Source: a virus. From it: 64,000 bases of DNA. The notes below the pieces were generated by a model that searched no databases, was not told where the DNA came from, and saw nothing but the letters and a program-made list of their open reading frames with translations. Made by a program: the position numbers and the translations under genes. The DNA is taken from positions 32,001 through 96,000 of IMG/VR virus record IMGVR_UViG_3300027906_000002. The stretch is one strand, 5' to 3'. Below, piece by piece: positions 1 to 9,080 of this stretch (its first letter is position 1; every line of letters begins with the position of its first letter).

Positions 1-2
1 GT

Positions 3-1328
3 GGTAAAAGAGTAGAGACCAGTGATGGTAAGTACGATTTAACAGAATATTTGGCTGGTTGGGAAGTATTTGAAAGTATAAGTTCAGCAACCCAAGAAGC
101 AAGATTTGTTATAGAAGATCAAGGTGGATTGTTAGAATCTTTAACGGGTACAGAAGAATTTCGTTTATTAGTTAAAACGGGATTGACTGATAGAACCTAT
201 TATTTTAGAACTTATCAAATAGAATCTCGTGTAAGAGTTGGTCAATCTACTGACTTCTTTCAGATTAATGCTTGTTCAAATGAATTTGTTAAGAATGAGG
301 TTACTAATGTATTTGGTTCGAGTGAGAAAATTTTTAATAAGAAAATTAAAACAGAGCAAATTACTAGAGAGTTATTAAAAAATAGAAAATATTTGAATAC
401 TAAGAAAAAGGTATTTCTAGAAGATACTCTTAATAAACAAACATTTGTTGCTCCTAATTGGAGGGCAATTGATACAATTTTCTGGTGTGCTAATAGAAGT
501 ATACGTAAGAATCCTAAAGGAGGAACATTACAGAATGGGTTCTTATTTTGGGAAAATGCTCTTGGATATAATTTTAAATCTATTGATAAAATAATTGATG
601 ATGTAAATGATAATGATGGATCAAAAGAGACTGATATGAAGAAAGGTATTGGTAAGATGTATACTTACATATATTCACCTAAAAACTTTGCGAAAGATGG
701 TGATGATCAATATTCTATTGATACTATTACTTTTCCTGATGAGAAAAGTTATCTAATGGGATTAAGGCATGGCACTTGGTCTGGATATAGTGTTGGTTTT
801 GATCCAGTTAATATAGTTAAATCTCGTTGGGGTGTTAGTACTGATATGAAAAAGGATGAGTATCGGTATGGTGTTAAGAAATTATGGAAAAAAATGTCTC
901 ATGTTGGTAAATCTACTGCTATAAATCCAGTTAATAATATGGATGATGAAATCAGAAACATAGTTGACTTTCCTAAGAGGGTACGTTATACTATGCTTCC
1001 TAACCAAATTTTTGACCCCAAGTATAAAAATAACCCACAATCAAATTATGAGGAGTTGGTTGAATTACAAGCATACCAATGGATGAGGATAGAAACCCTT
1101 AGAAACATTAGGATGGTTATATCAGTTCCTGGTAATTTGGATTTATATTCTGGTAATGGTATAAGGGTTGATATACCAGCTACAAAGCTAGGTGGTGATA
1201 GACCAACACCAGATAAGAAATATAGTGGTAAATGGGTTATTGCTGGAATTAATCATTCTGGTGTTGGTTCAAGTTCTAAAATGAAGACAGAAATGTTTTT
1301 ATGTAAGGATTCGGTTAGCAAAAGATAA
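3..1328 (+). CDS. Probable baseplate hub protein (T4 gp27 / P2 gpD-like), 5' truncated by the window edge
   Basis: Frame is open from position 3, so the track start at 51 is not the true start. C-terminal 'VPGNLDLYSG...YSGKWVIAGINH' resembles hub proteins; lies two genes upstream of gp5. Confidence 0.5.
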   Translation, partial: GKRVETSDGKYDLTEYLAGWEVFESISSATQEARFVIEDQGGLLESLTGTEEFRLLVKTGLTDRTYYFRTYQIESRVRVGQSTDFFQINACSNEFVKNEVTNVFGSSEKIFNKKIKTEQITRELLKNRKYLNTKKKVFLEDTLNKQTFVAPNWRAIDTIFWCANRSIRKNPKGGTLQNGFLFWENALGYNFKSIDKIIDDVNDNDGSKETDMKKGIGKMYTYIYSPKNFAKDGDDQYSIDTITFPDEKSYLMGLRHGTWSGYSVGFDPVNIVKSRWGVSTDMKKDEYRYGVKKLWKKMSHVGKSTAINPVNNMDDEIRNIVDFPKRVRYTMLPNQIFDPKYKNNPQSNYEELVELQAYQWMRIETLRNIRMVISVPGNLDLYSGNGIRVDIPATKLGGDRPTPDKKYSGKWVIAGINHSGVGSSSKMKTEMFLCKDSVSKR

Positions 1329-1331
1329 ATA
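1324..1331 (+). promoter_or_regulatory. T4-type late promoter (NATAAATA)
   Basis: GATAAATA 35 nt upstream of the CP12 ATG. Confidence 0.6.
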
Positions 1332-1365
1332 GTTATTGTTACCTATAGTAACGGAGAAAAAAATT

Positions 1366-1593
1366 ATGAAGACTATCGAAGAACACATTCAAAAAGATAG
1401 AGACATTCTTGACAACCCAACAACTAGTCCTGCATCTCGGAGACATGTTGCAGAGGAGTTACATGAGTTAGAAGTTTATCGTGAGCATCACATTGATGAG
1501 ATTGAGGCAGGTGACCACCATGATCCTAATACAATCGAATTATTCTGTGAAATGCATCCTGACGAGCCAGAGTGCCTAGTATATGACGATTGA
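1366..1593 (+). CDS. cp12: CP12 Calvin-cycle inhibitor (phage auxiliary metabolic gene)
   Basis: 75 aa from ATG 1366 after GGAG; ends 'FCEMHPDEPECLVYDD', the CP12 C-terminal Cys-pair signature. Confidence 0.93.
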   Translation: MKTIEEHIQKDRDILDNPTTSPASRRHVAEELHELEVYREHHIDEIEAGDHHDPNTIELFCEMHPDEPECLVYDD

Positions 1594-2042
1594 TGAAAAA
1601 CTTTTTATCATGGTTACTTGGAACTTGGTCTAATAAAATTCAAGCACAATCCAGTCCTCTACTTTATAAACAAGTATTTGTTAGGTGGGAGGATGATGGA
1701 GATTTTATACATTCTGTTCATTGGGGAAGAAAGGAAGAACACAATCCATACTTAACAACTAATAAAAAACTAAAAGTACTATCCGATACTGAAGTTATAC
1801 TTGAGCATTGGGGTGGTACTTATAGTGGGTTTACAAGGAATGAGAGTTGTGATATGATATTAAAGTTTGATGGATCCGCATGGATGGGTAAGTTTGATAC
1901 CAGTATGGATGATGTAACTGGTCATGCAGAACTTGCTGTTTTTGGTCATAAACTTTTTATGAGAGACAGGTTTCTAGACTCTAAAGGTAAAATTATCTGG
2001 GGAGCAGATGAGATCTATAAGTTTAACAGAATAAATACATAA
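1593..2042 (+). CDS. cpeT: CpeT/CpcT-type phycobilin lyase
   Basis: 'GTWSNKIQAQSSP' N-terminus and 'RDRFLDSKGKIIWGADEIYKFNR' C-terminus match T-type lyases; TGATG overlap with cp12. Confidence 0.85.
   Translation: MKNFLSWLLGTWSNKIQAQSSPLLYKQVFVRWEDDGDFIHSVHWGRKEEHNPYLTTNKKLKVLSDTEVILEHWGGTYSGFTRNESCDMILKFDGSAWMGKFDTSMDDVTGHAELAVFGHKLFMRDRFLDSKGKIIWGADEIYKFNRINT
2030..2037 (+). promoter_or_regulatory. T4-type late promoter
   Basis: AATAAATA about 20 nt before the gp5 ATG. Confidence 0.6.
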
Positions 2043-2057
2043 AAACCGTACCATAAG

Positions 2058-4643
2058 ATGTTACAGCAAGAAGCTACCTCAATTGATGGAATTGTAAATG
2101 AACCTACGATTAACTTTGTAGGTAAAGATGGTTTTTGGTGGTGGGTAGGAGAAGTAGAAGATAATGAAGACCCTATGGAATTAGGTAGGGTTAAAGTTAG
2201 GTGTCTTGGATATTATACTAATATTCGTGGTGGTACTACTGCTGATTTAAAAACAGATCATTTGCCTTGGGCAACGGTATTACAACATACATCTCAAGCA
2301 GGTAATGATGCTCAAGGTGAATCATCAGGACAATTGCAACCTGGAGCAATTGTTATGGGATTCTTTATGGATGGTGAGAATGCACAGATGCCTTTGGTTT
2401 TGGGTGTCATGCGTTTGAATAAATCTTCAGGTTCAAGAGAGAAGAAAGAATTTGCTTTTACTGGTGAAGCAATGAGTTCAACCAGTACAGGTACTATTAA
2501 TCCAGCATCTAATAAACCAGGAGATCCTAATAGTATTTCTACTGATAATGTAAGAAGACCTGGAGTTGCAAATAATAGTGTTTCTACTGTTGCAGCAGCA
2601 AAAACTACACAAATTGGTGGAAAGGGATCTCCTAGTAATATAGGTACAACACCTGGAGTTAACGGTAGTGGTGGTAATCCTACTAAACCTAGACAACCAT
2701 CTAAACCTATTCCTGTTGGACAAGGTGTTGGTGGTCCTTGGAAGAGTGTGGATTATCAATTATCATATCTCTTAGAAGATTTGGCTGATAAATCTGCATT
2801 ATTGGTAAAGGATGAGAGTGGAGATTTCTTTAATGTGATTACTGGTAAAGTTGTTACAGCAAAAGAACTTACAGCAGGTATTCAAAATTTCTTAGGTGCA
2901 GTATTTACTCAGGCAATAAGTGCTATGAGAGGAGCAGCATCTAGTCTTGTTGAAGGATTGGACACTGAGTCATTAAAAGAAAAGGCAAATGGTGTTCCTT
3001 ATACTATAATTACTGAGGTTCAAGAAGCAGTTACAGAACTATTATCAGCTTTGTGTATTGTTGATAATCAATTAACTCAGTTTATACAGGATCCTCTTAG
3101 TGCTGTTACAAGTCAATTGGATTCTTTTTTACAAGGTGCTATTGATAAAGCAACTTTTGTAGCACAGGGAGTAGAGGATGTAATTGATAGAGTGTTCTGT
3201 AATGTTCAAGGTGTTTTGGATTCTCTTTTATCAATAATTGGAAAAGTAACTTCTGCTCTTGATAGTCTTGGGGAAGCTAAAGAAGTCATGGATGCATGGC
3301 AATCTGGTGAGCAGATATTTTCTGATGCTACTGATCTATTTGGTCAAGAGAAAATGACACTATCTGGTTTGTTCTCTTTCTTTATGAATCTATTTGGTGG
3401 TGGTAATTGTGAGAGAAAACCTAAAGGTGGTGAAGATGATGCTGGTTGGTTCCCTTTACTTGGTGTAACACATTGTACTCCAGAAGAATTTGCAGATATT
3501 GATAAGTTTAGGGGTGATAGTAGAGGTAAGTGTGGTGATGGTCAAAGTGAAGGTAGTAAGAGTAGTGGAGGAGGTATCTATGATTCTATTTTTGAAGAAG
3601 CAGATCCATATTTAACTACTGCTAAAACTTGGGTGAATGGTGCTTATGAGTTATACATTGGTACTCCTGGTCGTCAATCTACTCAACAGAAGAGAGAAAA
3701 TGGTACTACTTGGACATCTGTTAACATAAACAATGCTCAACACCAAGAGTGGATGGCTAAGAGAAGTATTAAAGAGAATAATCCAGACTTAACTGAAGAA
3801 GAGATTGAGGCAAAGGCTAAAGATAGTGTTAAATCTGCTACTGGTAGTGAAGGTGATACAGGTAATTTACAGGCAGATCATATCTCTTATGCTGGAACAT
3901 TAACTTCAGAAGTTCATGGTGATGACTGTAAAGTTATTGATTTGGATTTATGTAGAACAGTACAAGGTGATATTAGATTGAAATGTACTGGTGATATGCA
4001 TCTTGAAGTAGGTGGTGCATTTCTCATGAACGCTCAAGGAGCACCTAAGCAAGTAGATAAGAAAGGTAATAAGAAGAGTGATGAAGTGCAAAAGCATACT
4101 ATATCATTTGGTTCTGATGTTGACTGGGGTTTCCACGGTTCAAAATTGGAATGGAACGCATCTGAAATAAAGTTAGCAGGTCAGAAGATTTCAATTACTG
4201 GTAAGGAATGGGATAATGCATGTAAAATACAAAAAAATTCTGCTGTGGAAATGGCATTAACTTCTGATAACTCTATTAATATGTTAACAACTCATTTATT
4301 CCAACAGATTAATGAACCAAAAAAAGATCCTTTACCAGAAAAATCTGGTATTACTAGAATCGTTAGAGGTTCGATAGAAACTACTATGTTGGATGAAGGG
4401 TCTTCAAAGGATGAGATTCCAAGATATTCTATTGACAATAAGTATGGACCATGTACAATGGTATTTGGTGAGAAGGGAATGAATACTACTATTAAAGATG
4501 AAGGTGCTTATAAGTTAGATGTTGAAGGTGGTCCTATGTCTATGGAGTGTAAGAAAAATGCTACTATTTTTGCTGATAAGGATATGACTATAGAATGTAC
4601 AGAGACTATGAAGTTAATTGGAAAAGAGATCCATTTGAACTAA
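2058..4643 (+). CDS. gp5: Baseplate central spike gp5 (OB-fold N-terminus, beta-helical C-terminus)
   Basis: 'FWWWVGEVEDNEDPMELGRVKVRCLGYY...LPWA...GAIVMGFFMDGENAQMPLVLG' is the gp5/VgrG OB-fold motif; 861 aa. Confidence 0.9.
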   Translation: MLQQEATSIDGIVNEPTINFVGKDGFWWWVGEVEDNEDPMELGRVKVRCLGYYTNIRGGTTADLKTDHLPWATVLQHTSQAGNDAQGESSGQLQPGAIVMGFFMDGENAQMPLVLGVMRLNKSSGSREKKEFAFTGEAMSSTSTGTINPASNKPGDPNSISTDNVRRPGVANNSVSTVAAAKTTQIGGKGSPSNIGTTPGVNGSGGNPTKPRQPSKPIPVGQGVGGPWKSVDYQLSYLLEDLADKSALLVKDESGDFFNVITGKVVTAKELTAGIQNFLGAVFTQAISAMRGAASSLVEGLDTESLKEKANGVPYTIITEVQEAVTELLSALCIVDNQLTQFIQDPLSAVTSQLDSFLQGAIDKATFVAQGVEDVIDRVFCNVQGVLDSLLSIIGKVTSALDSLGEAKEVMDAWQSGEQIFSDATDLFGQEKMTLSGLFSFFMNLFGGGNCERKPKGGEDDAGWFPLLGVTHCTPEEFADIDKFRGDSRGKCGDGQSEGSKSSGGGIYDSIFEEADPYLTTAKTWVNGAYELYIGTPGRQSTQQKRENGTTWTSVNINNAQHQEWMAKRSIKENNPDLTEEEIEAKAKDSVKSATGSEGDTGNLQADHISYAGTLTSEVHGDDCKVIDLDLCRTVQGDIRLKCTGDMHLEVGGAFLMNAQGAPKQVDKKGNKKSDEVQKHTISFGSDVDWGFHGSKLEWNASEIKLAGQKISITGKEWDNACKIQKNSAVEMALTSDNSINMLTTHLFQQINEPKKDPLPEKSGITRIVRGSIETTMLDEGSSKDEIPRYSIDNKYGPCTMVFGEKGMNTTIKDEGAYKLDVEGGPMSMECKKNATIFADKDMTIECTETMKLIGKEIHLN

Positions 4644-4647
4644 TCTA

Positions 4648-4656
4648 TGCTATACT
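4648..4656 (+). promoter_or_regulatory. Possible extended -10 sigma70 promoter
   Basis: TGcTATACT 6 nt before ATG 4663; no clear -35. Confidence 0.4.
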
Positions 4657-4662
4657 ATTATT

Positions 4663-4824
4663 ATGGATGAACTACGACAACGACAATTAATAGAACTCAA
4701 GGAAATCCTTGAGGATACTATTGAATATTTCTGTGATGAGAACATGGTTTCTGGGGAAACTGCATGGAACATGGTAGGTGCTTTATCCGATGCGAAACTA
4801 AACGTGGAATTTACTAATGACTGA
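4663..4824 (+). CDS. Hypothetical protein, 53 aa (not in track)
   Basis: MDELRQRQLIELKEILEDTIEYFCDENMVSGETAWNMVGALSDAKLNVEFTND; overlaps the next gene. Confidence 0.7.
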   Translation: MDELRQRQLIELKEILEDTIEYFCDENMVSGETAWNMVGALSDAKLNVEFTND

Positions 4825-5035
4825 CATTCAAGATGTAACAGAAGAAGAGGCGGTTAGTAACCTACCTTTTCTTTTAAGTATGACACAGAGAAATAGAACT
4901 GTTTGGCGTATACGTAGAGAAGATGGTAGTTGCTGCTTACTATCTCCTGTAATACAGTCTGGTCCTCCTGTAGATCAAGAGGTCATTGATCAAGTTGAGG
5001 AATTTAAGAAAGAACTTCTTGACACTACTGACTAA
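4817..5035 (+). CDS. Phd/YefM-like (antitoxin-fold) small protein
   Basis: 'VTEEEAVSNLPFLLSMTQRNRTVWRIRREDGSCCLLSP' follows the Phd/YefM pattern (V-S-x-x-E-A-x-x-N-L-x-x-L-L...I-x-R...L-x-S). Confidence 0.55.
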   Translation: MTDIQDVTEEEAVSNLPFLLSMTQRNRTVWRIRREDGSCCLLSPVIQSGPPVDQEVIDQVEEFKKELLDTTD

Positions 5036-5069
5036 ATACCGTATACTGGTTAAGCAATAGGGCAGACCG

Positions 5070-5198
5070 ATGCGACTCAAACGCCATGAAACTCCTAGAA
5101 AGCAGGGACGTAATATTAAGTCTCGTGCTGCGTCTGCTCGTTTGCGCCAACTTAAAAAACGATCAAAACTATTAATAAGAAAACTTCGTAATGTATAG
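5070..5198 (+). CDS. Small basic hypothetical protein, 42 aa (not in track)
   Basis: MRLKRHETPRKQGRNIKSRAASARLRQLKKRSKLLIRKLRNV; overlaps the next start. Confidence 0.65.
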   Translation: MRLKRHETPRKQGRNIKSRAASARLRQLKKRSKLLIRKLRNV

Positions 5199-5901
5199 AT
5201 TATTTCCAACCCTTGTGCATGATCTTGAAGTTAGAAATTTTCAAGAGAGGAAGAAAGAACTTCAGGATTATTGTTATGATCAGATGGGTAAAGACCCAGA
5301 TGGAAAGATGTATAGAACTAATAGAGGTGGATGGCAATCTAATGATGATTACCATTTAAGTGAGAACCCAGTTAGAAGAGCAATTTTAGATACTTTAGGA
5401 TATTATCTCAATAACAATAAGGTTTTTAAAGATAATGTTAATCTATATTTGACAGCTTGTTGGATTAATATTAACGGTAAAGGACATTTTAATATTCAGC
5501 ATGACCACCCATCATGTCATATGTCAGGAGCATTGTATATAAAAATACCACCTATTCCAGAAAAATTTCTTGGTGGTGGTTCTAATAATGTATACGGTTA
5601 TTCAACTACTAAAATTGAAGGTGAGGGTGTTATTGGTGGAGAGATATGTTTTGCTAATCCAGCAGCATTTAGTGCTTGGCAAGAATTGTATAATTATACT
5701 GATGAATTTAAAGAAAAGCATTTACAATTTGGGTCATATTATATGCCACCTCAAGAAGGTACAATGTTATTTTTCCCTGCACATCTTAGACATCATGTAG
5801 AACCAAATAAGAGTGATGAGGATAGAATTTCTTGTTCATTTAATTTAGATTTAGTCCAAGATCGTATTGATGGCGGGAATATAGAGGGTGGATATAAATA
5901 A
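5191..5901 (+). CDS. 2OG-Fe(II) oxygenase (TIGR02466-like)
   Basis: 'QHDHPSCHMSGALYIK', 'LFFPAHLRHHVEPN', 'RISCSFN'. Confidence 0.85.
   Translation: MYRLFPTLVHDLEVRNFQERKKELQDYCYDQMGKDPDGKMYRTNRGGWQSNDDYHLSENPVRRAILDTLGYYLNNNKVFKDNVNLYLTACWININGKGHFNIQHDHPSCHMSGALYIKIPPIPEKFLGGGSNNVYGYSTTKIEGEGVIGGEICFANPAAFSAWQELYNYTDEFKEKHLQFGSYYMPPQEGTMLFFPAHLRHHVEPNKSDEDRISCSFNLDLVQDRIDGGNIEGGYK
5893..5900 (+). promoter_or_regulatory. T4-type late promoter
   Basis: Perfect TATAAATA upstream of ATG 5928. Confidence 0.7.
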
Positions 5902-5927
5902 TTAAAATATCTAGAATACAATATTAT

Positions 5928-6062
5928 ATGACTACGGATAGAAAAGCGGCTAAAAAATTATTAAAGCTTGCCAAAGAACACCCAGACTGGTATACTAAGA
6001 AAGACGTGTTCTACGCAAAACAAGTTAAGAAATTAACCAAAAAGAAAAAACCCACTGACTAA
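5928..6062 (+). CDS. Small basic hypothetical protein, 44 aa (not in track)
   Basis: MTTDRKAAKKLLKLAKEHPDWYTKKDVFYAKQVKKLTKKKKPTD. Confidence 0.7.
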   Translation: MTTDRKAAKKLLKLAKEHPDWYTKKDVFYAKQVKKLTKKKKPTD

Positions 6063-6067
6063 TTATT

Positions 6068-6256
6068 ATGGCACTATCAGAACAAGTAGAAACTGCTTTG
6101 AATGAAGCACAAGATAAACTAAGAGAAGCATTAGCATTTGCAGCAAGGAGTGAGAAACCTTATATTAGTAAGCATATTGCTGATATGATGATGAAAATAG
6201 ATTGTTTGAATGAAGTTTCAACTTTACTTGATAGTGTTGAAGGTATTATGGAGTAA
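6068..6256 (+). CDS. Hypothetical protein, 62 aa
   Basis: Track ORF, helical sequence, TAATG coupling to the next gene. Confidence 0.75.
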   Translation: MALSEQVETALNEAQDKLREALAFAARSEKPYISKHIADMMMKIDCLNEVSTLLDSVEGIME

Positions 6257-6906
6257 TGGATTTTCATCAACCTGTTAAACGACCTACAAAAGATTCTGTA
6301 TTGTATCATTTGTTTCCAACCCCAGTGTATGCTGCGATGATTGGTAACTTGGATGGAGTTCAGAGTGAATTGGATAGTGTCTGTGATAAATTAGAATTCT
6401 TATACAATCCTAATTTCGGACAGACACATAAATTATCTGCTCCTGATTTTAAAACAAATGTTATAGGAGAACATAAGTTAACTAATCTCTCTGATGAGAT
6501 TCATAAGCATATTCATAATTATCTTACTGCTATAGAGTTTGAACAGAGTGGTTATTGTACTAGAGGAGAAGAAGTACGATATGATATTGTTAGTTCTTGG
6601 ATAACTAAATTTGAGAAGAGAGATTATGCACATATCCATAATCATGGACATTGTGATCTTTCTGGTGTTTATTATTATAAAGTAGGTAATGATAAAGATG
6701 AAACAGGAGATTTATTCTTTCAATCTCCTTGTCCATCAATGATTACATCATTTATTTTTAATCATTATGCTTATAAGCAATGTCAGATACCTCAAGAGGG
6801 TAAATTGTTATTGTTTCCATCATATTTGGATCATGGAGTAGCGACAAATGAAAGTGGATATGATAGAATGAGTGTGTCCTTTAACATTATATTTGAAAGC
6901 CGATGA
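6256..6906 (+). CDS. 2OG-Fe(II) oxygenase (TIGR02466-like)
   Basis: 'HIHNHGHCDLSGVYYY', 'LLLFPSYLDHGV', 'RMSVSFN'. Confidence 0.85.
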   Translation: MDFHQPVKRPTKDSVLYHLFPTPVYAAMIGNLDGVQSELDSVCDKLEFLYNPNFGQTHKLSAPDFKTNVIGEHKLTNLSDEIHKHIHNYLTAIEFEQSGYCTRGEEVRYDIVSSWITKFEKRDYAHIHNHGHCDLSGVYYYKVGNDKDETGDLFFQSPCPSMITSFIFNHYAYKQCQIPQEGKLLLFPSYLDHGVATNESGYDRMSVSFNIIFESR

Positions 6907-7055
6907 TAGACAATGAATCAGACTTGATAGCAGAATTATTAACAATTGCTGCTGAACTTAAAGGTACGATGACTAGATCTACTACATATGCTAGTACTGG
7001 TAGATCATCCAAAAAAATTGTAATAGAGTACGACATTAAGGAGAACAAAAGATGA
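6903..7055 (+). CDS. Hypothetical protein, 50 aa (not in track)
   Basis: MIDNESDLIAELLTIAAELKG...IEYDIKENKR; ATGA overlaps at both ends. Confidence 0.7.
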   Translation: MIDNESDLIAELLTIAAELKGTMTRSTTYASTGRSSKKIVIEYDIKENKR

Positions 7056-7204
7056 AAATTAAACTAGGATCAGCAGTCACTAAGATTAAGGACTGGGATA
7101 AGGCAATGGCAAAGAAATTTCAGGACAAGTTTAACTTGACCGATTATCAAATGTTATGTCTTACTTTCGTTAAGGGTTTTGTTATTGGGGCTGTTCTTCT
7201 ATGA
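7052..7204 (+). CDS. Small protein with hydrophobic C-terminus, 50 aa (not in track)
   Basis: MKIKLGSAVTKIKDWDKAMAKKFQDKFNLTDYQMLCLTFVKGFVIGAVLL; AGGAG RBS, ATGA overlaps. Confidence 0.7.
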   Translation: MKIKLGSAVTKIKDWDKAMAKKFQDKFNLTDYQMLCLTFVKGFVIGAVLL

Positions 7205-7725
7205 AAGGAGAGTTATTATGTTTGATAAAGACATATTGTTATCGTAAAGGTGAGTATACTCTTTCTTCTGGTAAGAAAAGTGAGCATTATGTTAATTGCA
7301 AACCAGTTACTTTATCTGGAGTAGGACTTAATATAATCAGTCAGTTATTTACACAGGAATTATCTCCTTCTACACTAGCAGTAGGTGGTTTAACTCTTGG
7401 TGCTGATCCATTAGTGGCAGGTGTTGCTATGACTGCTGGTGTTGATGGTTTAATTGTTCGTAAAGAACCAAAGGGTCATGGTACTCAAGCATGGATTGAA
7501 GGACCAGCATTACCTTTAAATACGGAGATAACCGTACTAGAGGATGTAATTACAACAGGTGGGTCTGCTATTAAAGCAGTAGAGAAACTTCGTGATGCTG
7601 GATATAAAGTAAATGAGATTATTACTATTGTTGATAGGCAAGAAGATGGTGAAGCAGATATTAAAATGAAAGAAGCTAACATAACACTTAAGAGTCTATT
7701 CACTCTTGCTGAGGTTGCTAAATAG
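7201..7725 (+). CDS. pyrE: Orotate phosphoribosyltransferase
   Basis: 'LSSGKKSEHY', 'GGLTLGADP', flexible loop 'RKEPKGHG', PRPP-binding 'VLEDVITTGGS'. Confidence 0.95.
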   Translation: MKGELLCLIKTYCYRKGEYTLSSGKKSEHYVNCKPVTLSGVGLNIISQLFTQELSPSTLAVGGLTLGADPLVAGVAMTAGVDGLIVRKEPKGHGTQAWIEGPALPLNTEITVLEDVITTGGSAIKAVEKLRDAGYKVNEIITIVDRQEDGEADIKMKEANITLKSLFTLAEVAK

Positions 7726-7751
7726 AACTGTAGCAAAACGTATGATTATTC

Positions 7752-9071
7752 GTGGCAACTAAGAAGATATCACAGTTAGAGACAATATCTGACTCCAATT
7801 TGTCGGGGGAAGCAATTCTTCCTGTTGTTGTTTCTGATCCTTTGATTCCTAATAGGAAAGCGAAGGTTAATCAGTTAATGAAAGGAGTTAGTCAAGGAAC
7901 AAAAACTGAACCTGGTTTATGTTTTGACCTTGATAGAGACACTGGATTGTATCAAAATGCATACAATCAAATAGGTGTATCGTTTGGTGATGGTGGATTA
8001 TATGCCACTCGTCTTGATAATGGTAATGATAGTACTTCGTTATATGTTACAGCAATTGATGATGTAGCACAAAATACAGATATAGTTTTTGCTCCAAAAG
8101 GTACAGGTGCGGTTAAGGTAACAGGTCAATTTCTAATTGAAGATTCCTCTTTTGTTTTAGAGGATTCTCAGGGTCCAAAGGTAAGATTTGAAGTAGGTAA
8201 TGTTGGTACTGGTACTAGTACCAGAATCATGACACTTCCTCAAATTACTCAAGGTAATGGTACTACAATTGTAGGTGACAATACTACTCAAACGTTAACA
8301 AATAAAACTCTTCTTATTGATGAGGATAATTTTGTTATTGTTGATGGTACTGAAGAAGCAATTTTTCAAATCAACTGGCCAACAACGTCAGGAACTAGGA
8401 GATCTTACTTCTTACCTGATGCAGGTGCAGTAACAACTTCTGGAGAACCTACTGCAACATCTTCTACTCTACTTGATACTAAGACGGAACAGACAACTTT
8501 AAATAAGACTTTAGTCACTCCGAAAATGGCTGCTAATGCAGATGACGGAACAAGTTGGGTTCAATGGAATACTTCAGCATTAAGTGCTAATAGAACTATT
8601 TCATGTCCAGACCAAAGTTTAATTTTAGTTGGTACAGAATCAACTCAAACTCTTACTAACAAGACTGTTAGTGGTTTGATTGTTGCAGATACTACAGATC
8701 CTACTAAGAGATTCTTATTTGATATATCAAATAGTAACTCTCTTACTATAGAATCTATTCAGTTTCCACCTACGGCAAACCTAAATAATGATGGTGATAC
8801 TAATACAATAGTAACAGAGTTAGCAGGACAGGATTTAAAGAATAAAACAATTTATAATCCAGTAATTGCTCAGACAGGACTACCTGGACAAGTGACTATT
8901 TCTGTAGATAATATAACATCTACTAGAACTATTAGGTTCCCAGATGCGGATGCAACACTACTTTCTACTGAAAACGTAACTGTTGATGATGTTAACTTTG
9001 GTGCTGGTATCGGTGCTGCAAACTTAACTTCAAGAACAAGACTACAACAATTTTTCTACGCAGGATTCTAA
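7752..9071 (+). CDS. Virion structural / tail fibre-like protein
   Basis: GTG start, 439 aa, repeated 'TQTLTNKT' fibre-type motif, Thr/Asn-rich. Confidence 0.7.
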   Translation: MATKKISQLETISDSNLSGEAILPVVVSDPLIPNRKAKVNQLMKGVSQGTKTEPGLCFDLDRDTGLYQNAYNQIGVSFGDGGLYATRLDNGNDSTSLYVTAIDDVAQNTDIVFAPKGTGAVKVTGQFLIEDSSFVLEDSQGPKVRFEVGNVGTGTSTRIMTLPQITQGNGTTIVGDNTTQTLTNKTLLIDEDNFVIVDGTEEAIFQINWPTTSGTRRSYFLPDAGAVTTSGEPTATSSTLLDTKTEQTTLNKTLVTPKMAANADDGTSWVQWNTSALSANRTISCPDQSLILVGTESTQTLTNKTVSGLIVADTTDPTKRFLFDISNSNSLTIESIQFPPTANLNNDGDTNTIVTELAGQDLKNKTIYNPVIAQTGLPGQVTISVDNITSTRTIRFPDADATLLSTENVTVDDVNFGAGIGAANLTSRTRLQQFFYAGF

Positions 9072-9080
9072 TTAATAGCT

